Source: Anthoceros angustus
Lineage: Eukaryota; Plantae; Anthocerotophyta
Assembly (NCBI GenBank): GCA_010909165.1
Contig: MU008179.1
Location: forward strand, 186,001-250,000
DNA length: 64,000 nucleotides
Direction: 5' to 3'
Position 1 is the stretch's first letter. Each line of letters begins with the position of its first letter. The notes below the pieces were generated by a model. It ran no database searches and was not told the DNA's origin. It worked only from the letters and a program-made list of their open reading frames with translations. Positions 12,050 to 25,300 of the stretch are shown one piece after another. The position numbers and the translations under genes are program-made.

Positions 12050-14911
12050 GGCTCTCCCTCGAAGTCCTCCATTGTTCCCGATCGCCGAGTGACTCCCGTT
12101 GGCCCCTCCTTCCATGGTGAGGTGCGGGGTGCTTACCTCGATCGCATCCGCTCCTCGTTCCTCCGGTTGCTCCTCTCCGCTCCGTCATCTCAAGCAGGCC
12201 ACTAGGGTCCCTGTCTTTGTCCCGTGGCCTTCATCTCCTTGAGCCTTCCGGGGTCCGTCTGCGGCGGCCGTCGAGGCTTCTCGCCTTGGGGAGCTCGGCG
12301 TGGTAATAGGCAAAGTCAGATCGACTTGTTGAATTGCCTCTTCCACGTGTGCGGGCGATACTCCCTCCGCCATAAGTGTTAGGGAGGCGTCTTTGCCCTT
12401 GTTGGGCCACCTCTCCGCGGTTGTGTGGGCCGGTATCACGCGAGGCTACAAGGCGGCCTCGGTCACCTCCTGCATGCCATTGTTGCTCCCTGCTCCTCCG
12501 TCGTTTCCTTCCATTGCCGACTTACCGCCATGGCGCGGCGTTCCCTTCCGCCTTTCTCGGTGGACCGGTGCTTCTTTTACGCTTCCGGTGCTCGCGCTCC
12601 TCCGTTCATTCGGCCTTTAGCTCGGCTCCTCTCAGGCGGTCGGATACCTCCGTCCAGACTCGGACTTCCTCCGGCTCATACAGCAGCGTCCAACTCCTTG
12701 GATAGTCGCGATTTTCCTCCGTCTTGAGGCCGGAGGCTCTGTTCGTGCTCGAGTCGTGGATTCTCTCGTTGAGAATCACTGCTTGCTCAAGCGCATCTTG
12801 GAGTTGTAGCTCCGTGTCCTTCTCCTCCATCTGCTGCGCCTCCTTCTACCTCCTGCGGTGTACTCGGAGATCCTCTATCTCCCAGTCTTGGCCCTTGCCA
12901 CTCCATAGCCTTTGTGCGGCCTTGAGTTAGCCTCGGTACTGCGACTCTCTCCACGGTTCGATCACGTCATGGTGATCCGGTCGCTCTTCACCGCGGCTTG
13001 ACTCCTTCGCCGCCTTTGCAGGCCTCGCCCACTTGGCGCTCTGGCCGGCCGCCTCGCGGTCCGAGCTCTCTGCTTGTGCCGGGCCTCTTCCGCCTCTGCT
13101 GCGCTTCCCTCTTCGCTGCAAGGTCCTCCGCCGCTTGGCCTCTGAGCTTGCTTGACCTGTGAAGAACCTTAACCAGTCTGCTTGAACCGCCCGGGCCTCG
13201 CTCCGCCACCGGCGTTCCCTTCCTCGATCCGGCGAGGGACTCCGCCTTTCCTTTGCCCTCGGCCGCCTTCACTTGCTCTTGGGTTCCACCATCCTCCTCG
13301 GGTGGCCTCCACTTCACAGGTCTTCTCTGTACCCAGAGACCCCAAAGCATTCCGTCCATGGCGGTAGCAGGACTCGCCGTGTTTCTTCCACGGCCGAGTG
13401 AGGCCCCACAAAGTCCGTAGTGGGAGCCGGCATTTCTCGGTCCGCCAAGGACCTCCATACCACCCAGGAGTAAGTCGGTGGGTTCTCCGGACCTAATCGG
13501 GACCCTCGGGTCACGAGTGGTGTCAGTCTCACCCTCTTGGCCCTCTTGGCCTCTAACTCCTTTGTGCCCTCTTTCTCACAGGGCTCGGAGGAGGTGAGGG
13601 GTCAGGGAGCAAGCTCTTTTGCCCCTTCACATCGGGGCAGGGGCCGGCTCGAGGTGGGGGGCGCGGTGACCTCCTGCTCCTTGGGCCACGTCCCTTCGCC
13701 CTCCTTACCGCCTCTTGACCTCTTGCCACTCAGGTGGGCGGGGTAAGTCTGCACCTTGGTCTTTGCGTTGGTAAGCGGCACCGTCTTCCGCCTCTTGGCT
13801 CCCGTTGAGTTCGTCGGGGCTCGGCGGTAGTCGTGGTTGTTGGCTGTTGCATCGGTCGGGCCAGCGCCCTCGGCATCGGCTCCCTCCTGCGGTGCTCGGA
13901 GGGCACCAAAAGGAGGAAGGGAATCGCCTCCCAAACTTCCACAGGTGGTGAGGGGTTCGCTCAGACGTATGGAGTCAGGAATCCTCGATCGTCCTCCTCC
14001 GAGTCCGCTTGGTCTTGAAGGGCGACCCCCACCTCAGGCGCCCTTGCACGCTCTACTTGGCGGGGCCTCCGGCCCTTGGCGCCGCTCAAGCTCTCCTCCT
14101 TGAGGCTCGAAATGTCCCCATACATGAATCGGTATGGGGTCACCGATGGCGAGGCTTCTCGCTCCTTAGCTTGCGTGCCTCCCCAGGCGCGAAGATAATC
14201 CTTCCCGGTCGCTCTCTTCCCCATGGGCGCATGCGAGAATACCAGCAGGTTATCACCAAGGTGATCCACCTTGGTGGCGGTTCAATGGACAATGATCCGG
14301 CTACCGCCCTTACTCATTGTCGGATCGGATATCAACCATCCGTTGGTTGTCCTGCGTTCGAGCCTCGGCGCCGCTGTGGCCCTATCTTCCCCCGCCTTAA
14401 GGGGCTCGGCACCACGCCCCTTCTTCCTCCTTGCGGTTGTAGGCCATCCTCGGGACCTCAAGGTCCATCGCCTCGGGTCCTCCGGAGGTTCTTGGATCGG
14501 ACCTCCTTGTTGATCGCCGGCATCTTCGGGCAAACTCCGGACTAGAGTAGCGTTGTCAAAGGTCCGACCATTTGGAACACGTCCGGATGCCACTCCGCAC
14601 CAATTGCTTCCTCCGGCCCGGGGCCGTCCGGATAGCCGGGTCACAATGTTGCGCTCCACGGTCCATGGCTCCCAGACTCCGTCGGCTTTTGGGTGCCATT
14701 GCTTCTCCTCCTCTTGTTCTTCTGGCGTCCGTGCACGATGTTCCTCCTTCGCGCGTTGTTGCTCCAACCTTGACGGTGCGCGCTCTGTGGCGCCCAAAAA
14801 GGCCGAGCCGGATTGCGGGCGCAAGGCTGTGAGGATGCGAGGCTGCCGGATCCTCCGCGCTTGTGGAAGTAAGCTGGCGGGCGCCTCTTCGTTGTCCGTG
14901 CGCGAGTGCAT
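12050..14911 (-). pseudogene. Long degenerate ORF of unknown function inside the LTR (U3), with a charged coiled-coil-like C-terminal half; second copy at ~23150-26312
   Basis: GCCATG start at 14911. The same peptides are read in both LTRs (TFDNATLVRSLP, TPYRFMYGDISS, EMPAPTTDFVGPH, AVILNERIHDSST, KTEENRDYPRSWT). Confidence 0.5.
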
Positions 14912-15339
14912 GGCGTACTCGACCCTCGCTTGCTTACTCGGCCTTCGCGCGCGCGGCCGCGGGCGTGAATACTGCCTGCGGCCTCAGCAGGTTACGGTCA
15001 CGCCTCATGCCCGACCTCCACTCGGGGCCGTCCACGTGGCGCCGCCTCGTCATCCTCACGCCTCGCTCCTAGGTTACTTTCTGGCGTACTTATCCTATTT
15101 TGACACAGGTGGGTTCGGACTTATCCGTTACTCGGCGTAGTCGGAGCTTGCCATAGTGTGGGTCCGTTGTTCACTCCAGTCCGGAGTATACTCCGAGCCT
15201 CGTCCGGCGCTACCCCAATTTATTCCTCCTTTTCGCCTTATTTATCCTTCAATCCTAAAAAGCGAAACCCTACTTATTTCTTAACTCCCGAAGTGCATAG
15301 CCCACATACTCCCTTCTCATCATTGGCGTCTCGCCAACA

Positions 15340-18300
15340 CTAAGCATGATACTTCTTCACCCGCCACCCGTTTACCCGAGTGGGCAGCTCTCCATCTAGG
15401 CGCCGTGGGCCGGACCCGTTGTCATATACTTGCACCACTTGACGGACCCATCCATCTCGGTGAAGTTTGCACGGAAAATGCATGTGACTATCATAAAGGA
15501 GGGCGGTCCCTTCCTTTACATACTCGATTCCATGATCGGCGATCGTGCCAAATCTTTTGGTTTTGCACCAGCGCATCTTCATGAGCTTCTTCCACATCCT
15601 CTGTCTTTGCAAACCCCAAGAGTCGCTCGGTGGCTTTCCTCTTTCAGTCTCCTTCCATCATTACTCGAAAAGTGGGCACTTCAAACTCTCGGCATTACGG
15701 GAGAGTGTCGTAGGTCAAGTAAGGGTCCGTTGTGTGGTCACCTTCTGCTGTCGGCCCAGTCACGGATGGCGGCTTGGTATCCCGATCATGGGCGTAGTTC
15801 ACGTGAGTTTATTCGAGATCCTGCGGATGAGCCCATTTGTCTTCTCTGTCGACCCATTGGCCTTAGGATTGTAGGGTGCCGTCTTGCGATGATTGATGCG
15901 AAATACTCCGTCATGGCGGCCACCACATCATTAAGGAAATGGGTTCCCCTATCACTTACCAAGCCGGCGGACATCCGTGCGGGTTATGATGTTCTCGTCG
16001 AATTTGGCCACGGTATTTGCGAGTCCGTTCTTGTCGCCGCCTCTACCCACAGTGCGATGGTCCGTTGCCACGGGATGTATCTCCTTTGTGTGTGTCTTGT
16101 CGTGGTATATGGGTCCAACAAAGTCAATACCCCACTTTTGAAGGTGCGGTGCCAATATCGGTACTAGCGGCCTTTGTGTCGTCGGGGTTGGCTTTCCGAT
16201 CCGACAAGCATCACACTTCTTCTAAGCGGTGGGTGTCCCCATACATTGTTGGCCACCGGTATCCGCTTCAAAATCTTTTGGTGGTGACTGTCTTTGCGTA
16301 GTGTCCACCCCAATCCTTCGTGCATTCCCTTGGCCGCTCCTGTCTGCGGTTGCAAGTACCTTCGTTCTACTCCGTCCGGCCCTAATTTGAACACACACCG
16401 TTGTACATTACGAAGGGTCGAGCATAGTGCGAATGCCTCCCTCATCACGAGTCGATTTTGGAAGCTCCATTCCCAGTACCGCTCTATTTCTTCGTGGGTC
16501 GGACGGCGGCGGACCCTCCCTTCTCCGCTAAGCTGCCGTTCTAGCTTGGGGTTGGTCGGTGGGCTCCTCCGGTTGTACTTTTCTGCGGCAACCAATGTCT
16601 CATCAGGGCGCATCTTCACGATCTCTCAACACTGCTCTGTTTTCAATCGTGGCGAAATCGCATTTTGGTCTTGCCTCCCTTGTCTTGTTTCCACTTGACG
16701 TGAACTCCTGCGGCAACAATATCCACCTTGCTATCCGTCCGGACAGTCCGTCTTATTCACCGGATGCTTGAGCAAAGTGGTCTACATAGAACACAAACTC
16801 CTTTGGGTAGTAGGTAGTGTCGAATTTCTTGGATATACCATACCCGTGCTTGGCTCTGTAGTTGTGTATTTTCGTTCAGCGTGGGTGAGCGTCGGTAGTA
16901 TCGGGATAATCCCGCGCTTGTCGTCCTTCGGCTCGGCACTACTCCGATATAGCGGACACATCTACATACACATGAAATTTCTGCTCGATCCGGTCCTCTT
17001 AGGGTCGCTTACCAAGGTGTTACGTAAATCCGAAGGCCTCCTCTCGCTCCTGACCGGTCCAAACCTCCTCCTTCGCATGATTACATCAACTTAGCCGCCC
17101 TCTTAAAAGTCCTTAATAAACCGGTAGTATCCCACCATTCCGAAACCTCTCGGCTCCTTTAGGTTCGTGTAATTTGGAGGCGGATGACCGGACCTTGTCT
17201 GGTCCACCTCGATTCCAGACACGATGTCAGCAAGATTCCCTCCGTCATTCCAAAGTAGCATTTCTCGGTGTAGGCTCAATTGAGTCTCCGGCGCTCAAGC
17301 ACCTTCTTAGATGCCCAAGGTGTTTGTCCTGCTCCCCATGCACACAAAATCATCCGAATATCTCCATGAAGTCCCTCGAAGTCACGGAAGGCGTTGGTCA
17401 CCATACGCATGAGCGACCACAGGCGCTCGGTCATCCCAAAGGCACTTCTCTTGTAGGCAAGCGTGCACTCCGTAGTGAAGGTCGTCTTGTCCCGGTCACT
17501 CCCTTGCAATTGGTTATATCCGGAGTAGCCATCCGGAAGGAGTAAGTAGTCCGTCCGACCACCTTGTCCAAAATGTCGTCTCTGAATGGCATCGGAAGTG
17601 GTCCTTCTCGTTCGTTGAGCTTCCTCAATCTTGGCATACCGAATTTGTCTGTTGTTTCTTGGGAACCACCACAATCGGCGACCCACTCATTGACGATGGG
17701 GAAAATGATGTCTGCCTCCGGTACTTATCAAGGACCTCCTTCACCTTGATCGAATACTTGGGGTTGAGCTTGTATTGTCGGATTGATGGCACGCTCACGG
17801 CTTCAAATCGATCTTATGCTCTCCACTTCTTGAATGCCCTTCATGTCGTGACCTTGAAGGCGAACACCTCATAAAACTCCCCAGTGCTTTAGTCCTTCCT
17901 TGGTCCGGAGGCATGCCTTTCTTAAACTTGAATTTTGGCGGACCTCCACTTCTTCCACGTCGTCCGGGTTCACCGTCTCCCGTTCCGTCTTTGCCTCATT
18001 GCGTCAAACCCCTCGTCCTCCTCGGGATCGTCCTCTCGCATCCCCATTCTCGAAGAGCTCGTCGGAGGTGAATCGTGTTACTCCTTGATGTCCGCTTTTC
18101 CTTGGTCCGACTCTTGTTGTCTCCCCTTGTCTTTGGTCCGACCTCCTCTTCACTTCCTTCCTCCGGCCCGTTGTGGCGTTTACTCAAAACAATCAATCAC
18201 TTCCGCACCAAAGGCATCCGTGATAGTCCATCTCCTCCTCGGACCGGCGGATCTTGGCGAAAGTCGCCTCCTCGGAACTATCTTGTTCGTCGCCGTGGAG

Positions 18301-20866
18301 TCCTCCAGGTATACCCTTCGGTAGTGCTCACGGTTTCTCCACAATAGGTGTCCTTGCTCCGGTGATAGCAACCCTCCCTTCTGCACCTTAGGGTCCCAGT
18401 CCACCGGCTTGAAGTGAATCTCCTTCCTTCCAAAGTGTAGCTTTGCAGGCCAACCCGGCCATGGCCGCAACACCTCATACCCTAATGGTCCGGCGGTTTG
18501 ATCACAACAAAATCCGGTTTGTAGGGTGCGGCTATGGTGGCCAAGACTCGGTTAACTCCCCGGATCTCTTCTTGACATATACGCCATTCTCGAGTCTTCG
18601 TTGAGGTTGAAGGATGTGAAGCCCAATTTTCGTGCCGTGGCTTGGTGATGAGGTTGACTCGGACCCGTGTCCAGCAGTACATCCTTGATGATACATCCAA
18701 TCTCCACTTGTACCACTGGCGCCCACAGGTCGTATGGGACACCACCCTCACTTCCATGCTACCCTTCACGGCTTTGGTGCTCATGGTGGGTTTCCCTAAC
18801 GGCCCGACGGACCTCTTGCGGTATTTGGGTTATCCCTCGGCCGCGAAAGGACACAAGGTCTGCGATTCATCATCGGTCGCCACATTAAAGGCGAGGCTTC
18901 TACCCCAATCGAGGATCCTGCTGCGTCCTCATCCTCTCCCGGTCACTTGTGTTACGGTATTCTCCGGATGCTTGCGCATTTCCTCCTGCAACATCTCGGT
19001 CACCTCCGGACTACGTCCGTGGAAAGCGTCGTCGCGGGAGGCACTTCCTTCTCCACACTGTCTGGGAGAACTTCCTTGGGTAATCCCTCGGCGAGCTGCC
19101 GTCAGCCCTCCTTCATCGGTCGGATCCTCTGCTGGTATTTGGTTTGATTGCCTTCCTCGGCGTCGTGGCTTCCTCCGATCTTGTTCTTCTTCAAGCGCCT
19201 TTCTCGTCGCTCCTTCCTTGACTACAGTAGACACCTCAAGATTTCCACTCCCAACTCCCTTCCTTTCGACACCCCACCGTACCTTCTTGTTCTTTTCCAT
19301 CTCGCGTACCTCGGGAATCTCTTCCCACTCCATGGAGCATCTTGACTTGCCGTGCAGTCTTAGGAGGTGGCGTTGGTGGTCGAGTTCTCGCTTGGTGTGG
19401 CATATCGTACCGTCCTTGCGGGGTTGGGACATAGCGTCTTGCATGCCATACCCGGCACCTTGCGATCGCCACCTGGCTCGAAGTCCCCATTACCACCTCG
19501 TTGGAGTGCGGACACGCGTTGGAGTAATGGCGATTCCAGATTCCAGCAGACCACGGCCGTCGGAGGATACGAAGGGCTCCCATGCGGTCTTTGCATCGGT
19601 GGGGCCCGTTGTGTGACGGACCTCCGGTTGGCGGATACATGGTTTTGGGATATCGCGGCCCGGAGGGGCTTCACATGACGATAGGCCTCTTCCCATTGCT
19701 CCTCGGCCTCCTCCTCGTATTCGTAGTCCACTTGATGCACCGGCCTTGAGGCGGTTGGACTTCGAATGGCCGTGTTCTTGGCACCACGGCACACGAGATC
19801 GTTCGCCGTGGTCGGTGTTTTCCGCGCTCTCGGTCCTTAACACAGTTTATCGCGGGTCCTCTACTCTCTTTATCACTTTTCCGGGTCCTCCGGACACTGC
19901 TACCTCCTTTGAGGGAGTCGGGTCCGTGGAGCTTCTCGGACGGTCTTGGTGTCACCACCTCCTTCTTACCACCTTCTTTTAGCGGGGCTTTCTTGCTCTT
20001 CTTCTTGCGGGATACTCTTCCTCGCTAGAGACCTCGTCTCTTCTTGGACTGCTCCTCCTCCGAAGACACCTCATTGGTCTTCCTCCTCCTCACGAAGACT
20101 CTTCCTCCTCGAGTCCCGAACCCGTTTCTTCTTCTTCTTCTTGCCTCCTTGAGTTCTTTATCCTCGATGTAGCGATTCCTCGTAGTTTTCGGCGCTCGAC
20201 CGCCTTGCCACGTCCTTCTCGGCGGCGGGGCGTGCAGCCATGGGTTTGGCTAGGCCGCGCGAACCACCGTGCTTGCATCGTGGTATGGGTTGGATGCCGA
20301 TCCTCGGGCATAGAACCGCTCGATGTCTGAGCCCGGCTTCTCCTTCTTCCCTCGCTTGATTTTCCAACTTTGATAATACATACCCCTCACGGTGATCCTC
20401 GAAACCGTTCTAGAAGGCATTTTCAAAGCTTCAAGCGAGGCGGGTGGGGCATTCTCCGGTGGTCGGTACTTTCTCCGATACCATTGAGCGGTGTCCTCGG
20501 AGAACCCCTTGGAAAAGGCTGGATGAGCTGCCGTCGACTCCCTCTCCGTTGAAGTTGGCTTTGGACACGAAGTCCTCCACAAAGGTCTCGCATCCGCTCC
20601 TTCTTCCCTCCGAATATGGAGATGCTTGTTTGGTCGAGGTAGGGGCCATGGCTGCCATCGATGGGTTAGTGGCTGTCCTACCTTCTTCCGTTGGCGTCCC
20701 TCGTACCCGTACTCGTCTTGGTCCGACAATTCGACCACGTTCTCCTCCTCGATCGGCGGTGCTCTCTCGTTGGGTTTGGCGTCTCTCCTCTCACGGCTCG
20801 GAGAGCGCGAGGTGACCACGTCCGATCCTCTGACGGTTCACTCTTGGCCGTCGCTCGACCTCGCAT
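15340..20866 (-). pseudogene. Gypsy gag-pol (frameshifted)
   Basis: Zn knuckle C..CQEHGH (~19780), protease LLDTG (~18670), RT DGYSGYNQ / DKTTFTT (~17480-17535), RNase H RHYLL, integrase WGIDFVGPI and SDRGTHFLN, C-terminus RVNGWRVKKYHA*. Confidence 0.9.
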
Positions 20867-22345
20867 TCACTTACCTTCTCTTCCTAAGGGCGCACTGCGG
20901 CCCAGATTTCATTCCCGGCAGCGCCAAAATGTGGCGGGACTTTTCGATGGCGGTAGCGCACAATCCGTGTCGTTGTAGGAAGAAGTCCGTTCCCAAAGGG
21001 AATGATAGGCCCGTTCGCGTTTGGTGATTCTTACCGTCCTTAGCGCTCGTTCGGTCTCACACACATACTCCTAACTACTCTGGCGTTCACCGTCTGAGGC
21101 CGGTATGGCCAAGCGTTTGAGACCCGTTCGCGTCCGTATCGTTCACATACATCCTCACGCATCCGGTCCTTTCCTCTCTCCCTCACGCTACACTCTTGAT
21201 CTTAGAAAAAGCGCGTTCTGTGATCCGGACCTCCTCCGTCGTTCGCGGGCCTCTCCGTCCGGGCTCTACACACCCTCCGGAGTTCCTCCGGCTCACGCGT
21301 TCATCGTTCGGTGTCGGACGGCTCGGGCATAGAACCGCTCGATGTCTGAGCCCGGCTTCTCCTTCTTCCCTCGCTTGATTTTCCAACTTTGATAATACAT
21401 ACCCCTCACGGTCGATCCTCGAAACCGTTCTAAGAAGGCATTTTCAAAGCTTCAAGCAGGCGGGTGGGGCATTCTCCGGTGGTCGGTACTTTCTCCGATA
21501 CCATTGAGCGGTGTCCTCGGAGAACCCCTTGGAAAAGCTGGATGAGCTGCGCGTCGACTCCCTCTCCGTTGAAGTTGGCTTTGGACGAAGTCCTCCACAA
21601 AGGTCTCGCATCCGCTCCTTCTTCCCTCCGAATATGGAGTCGCTTGTTTGGTCGAGGTAGGGGCCATGGCTGCCATCGATGGGTTAGGCGTGGGTGTCCT
21701 ACCTTCTTCCGTTGGCGTCCCTTGCCCGTACTCGTCTTGGTCCGACAATTCGACCACGTTCTCCCTCCTCGATCGGCGGTGCTCTCGTTGGGTTTGGCGT
21801 CTCTCCCTCTCACGGCTCGGAGGCAGCGAGGTGACCACGTCCGATCCTCTGACGGTTCACTCTTGGTCGCTCGACCTCACGCATTCACTTACCTTCTCTT
21901 CCTAAGGGCGCGCTTTGCGGCACAGACCGATTTCATTCCCGCAGCGGCGCCAAAATGTGGCGGGACTTTTCGATGGCGGTAGCGCGCACAATCCGTGTCG
22001 TTGTAGGAAGAAGTCCGTTCCCAAAGGGAATGATAGGCCCGTTCGCGTTTGGTGATTCTTACCGTCCTTAGCGCTCGTTCGGTCTCACACACACACTCTC
22101 CTAACTCTGGCGTTCACCGTCTGAGCCGGTATGGCCAAGCGTTTAAGGACCCGTTCGCGTCCGTATCGTTCACATACATCCTCACGCATCGATCCTTTCC
22201 TCTCCCTCACGCTACACTCTTGATCTTAGAAAAGCCAGTTGGTCCGGACCTCCTCGTCGTTCGCGGGCCTCTCGTCCGGGCTCTACACACCCTCCGGAGT
22301 TCCTCCGGCTCACGCGTTCGGTCCGTTCGGTGTCGGACGCGGCTC
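20303..22345. repeat. ~1.0-kb tandem duplication spanning gag start, PBS and U5
   Basis: CTCGGGCATAGAACCGCTC at 20303 and 21322. Confidence 0.9.
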
Positions 22346-25300
22346 GGGGCGAGCCGGATCACCGATCACCCTTCCACACACCACAGCGCGTTAAGTCCGT
22401 CACGGGACCTTGATCAATCTCCCGGGCCGTGCACCTTTCGGTGACTCGGGACTCACGTTAGCAAGAAGACTCACAAAGGTGCAGAGCGGCATCAACACCA
22501 AGAGAAAGATGCTTTACTAGGCGGCCTCGGCCCCTCTTATCTGCGCCCAAGGTGGCGTCTTTATTACACCCCTATTACGGTGATAGCCATTTCGGTATAC
22601 CCTAATCGGCCGCCACCTATCCCCCTATCTCCTTCGCCATTGTGTGGGAAGGTCACAGGCCCCCTCGGAATGGGTGGTCAATCCCCGTCAGCGGTTGTGG
22701 TGCACCCAATCGGATGATCCGAGTGGGCCCCTCCTCTCCCGGAATCACAGCCGGGTTGGGCTCTGGCGGTCGACAACCGCCGTTACCACGTCATCCTCCC
22801 TGGCCTCCACAGGTCCTTGGCCGGTGGGGCCACCGCTATCGGCTCCCCTAAGCGTAAGTCGAAGGGGCTCCTCCTTCTTGCCGGCCGGTCCTCGAGGTCT
22901 GTCTCGAACTTGAGTCCGGACTTATTCGGTCCGGACTTGGTCCGGACTTGGTCCGGACTTGTCTCGGGGTCCGGACCTCGGACCTCGGACTTGGTCGGAC
23001 TTATTCAGTCCGGACTTGAGGTCGGACTTGGTCGGACTTGAGGTCCGGACTTATTCGTCCGGACTTGGTCGGCCTCCCGGACAAAGTCCGGACTCACGCC
23101 ACCGGGTTTCCTCCCTCACGGGACTCCTCAGTGGCTCTCCCTCGAAGTCCTCCATGTTCCCGATCCGAGTGACTCGCCGTTGGCCCCTCCTTCCATGGTG
23201 AGGTGCGGGTGCTTACCTCGATCGCATCCGCTCCCTCGTTACCTCCTCGGTTGCTCCTCTCCGCTCCGTCATCTCAAGCAGGGCCACTAGGGTCCCTGTC
23301 TTTGTCCCGTGGCCTTCATCTCCTTGAGCCTTCCGGTCCGTCCGTCTGCGTGAGTCGAGGCTTCTCGCCGGGGCTCGGCGTGGTAATAGGCAAAGTCAGA
23401 TCGACTTGTTGGTGCCTCTTCCACGTGTGCGGGCACCGATACTCCCTCGCCATAAGTGTTGATGGGCGTCTTTGCTCGGCTTGTTGGGCCACCTCTCCTG
23501 CCCAGTTGTGGCGGGTATCACGCGAGGCTACAAGGCGGCCTCGGTCACCTCCTGCTTGCAGCTGCTCCGCTGCTCCTCGGTTGCTCCTCTCCGCTCCGTC
23601 ATCTCCAAGCAGGGGCCACTAGGGTCCTGTCTTTGTCCCGTGGCCTTCATCTCCTTGAGCCTTCCGGTCAGGTCCGTCTGCGGGGTGGAGGCTCTCTCGG
23701 GAGCTCGGCGTGGTAATAGGCAAAGTCAGATCGACTTGTTGAATTGCCTCTTCCACGTGTGCGGGCACCGATACTCCCTCGCCATAAGTGTTAGATGGGC
23801 GTCTTTGCCCCTTGTTGGGCCACCTCTCTGCCCGGTTGGGCGGGTATCACGCGAGGCTACAAGGCGGCCTCGGTCACCTCCTGCAGTGCCCGGCTGTTGC
23901 TCCACTTGCTCCAGCTCCGTCGTTTCCTTCCATCCGACTTACCGCCATAGCGCGGCGTTCCCTTCCGCCTTTCTCATTTGGACCGGCGGCTTCTTTTACC
24001 TTCCGGTGCTCGCGCTCCCGTTCATTCGGCCTTTAGCTCACTCCCTCTCCAGGCGGTCGGATACCTCGTCAGGCTCGGACTTCCTCCGGCTCATACAGCA
24101 CAGCAGCGTCCAACTCCTTGGATAGTCGCGATTTTCCTCCGTCTTGAGGAGCGGGCACTCTTTCGTGCTCGAGTCGTGGATTCTCTCGTTGAGAATCACT
24201 GCTGCTCCGCGCATCTTGGGTTGTAGCTCCAGCGTGTCCTTCGCCTCCATCTGCCGCCTCCTTCTACCTCCTGCGGTGTACTCGGAGATCCTCTATCTCC
24301 CGAGTCTTGGCCTTACACTCCATGGCACTTTGTCGCGGCCTTGAGTTAGCCTCGGTACTGCGACTCTCTCCACGGTTCGATCACGTAGTGATCCGGTCGC
24401 TCTTCGACTTGAGCTCCTTCGCCGCCTTTACAGGCCTCGCCCACTTGGCTTCTCTGGCCGGGCCGCCTCCGCCCAGTCGAGCTCTCTTGTGCCGGGCCTC
24501 TTCCGCCTCTGCTGCGCTTCCCTCTTCGCTGCAAGGTCCTCCGCCCGCGCTTGGGCCTCTGAGCTTGCTTGTCATTGTGAAGAACCCACCCGATCTGTGA
24601 ACCCGCGGGCCTCGCTCCGCCACCGGCGTTCCCTTCCTCGATCCGGCGAGGACTCCGCCTTTCCTTTGCCTCGGCCGCCTTCACTTGCTCTTGGGTTCCA
24701 CCATCCTCCTCGGGTGGCCTCCACTTCACAGGTCTTCTCTGTACCACAGACCCCAAAGCATTCCGTCCATGGCGGTAGCAGACTTCGCCGTGTTTCTTCC
24801 ACGGCCAGTGATGAGGCCCCACAAAGTCCGTAGTGGGAGCCGGCATTTCTCGATCCAGGACCTCCATACCCTTGATCCGGAGTAAGTCGGGGTGGGTTCT
24901 CGGACCTAATCGGGACCCTCGGGTCACAGTGGTGGTCGAGTCTCACCCTCTTGGCCCTCTTGGCCTCTAACTCCTTTGTGCCCTCTTTCTCACAGGGCTC
25001 GGAGGAGGTGAGGGGTCGGGAGCAAGCTCTTTTGCCCCTTCACAGCCGGGGGCAGGACCGGCTCGGTGGGGGCTCGCGGTGACCTCCCTCCTTGGGCCAC
25101 GTCCCTTCTGCCCTCCTTACCGCCTCTTGACCTCTTGCCACTCCGTAGGCGGGGGTAAGTCAGCACCTCGAGGTGTCTTTGCGTTGGTAAGCGGCGTCTT
25201 CGCCTCTTGCTCCGGGGTTCGTCGGGGCTCGGCGTCGTGGTTGTTGGCTGTTGCAGCCGGTGCGGGCCGCCAGCGCCCTCGGCATCGCTCCCTCTGTCTT

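Larger units (their letters stand above)
10868..15306 (-). repeat. Gypsy 3' LTR (~4.4 kb)
   Basis: Starts TGTGGCGGG, ends ...GCCCACA next to the PPT; colinear with 21956-26710. Confidence 0.88.

Noticed and set aside
15430-19616. Long plus-strand ORFs (15430-16167, 18642-19616)
   Set aside because: Antisense shadows of the gypsy gag-pol on the minus strand.
20930-21321. Third LTR of a tandem gypsy element
   Set aside because: Only ~390 bp, produced by the local 1-kb duplication.
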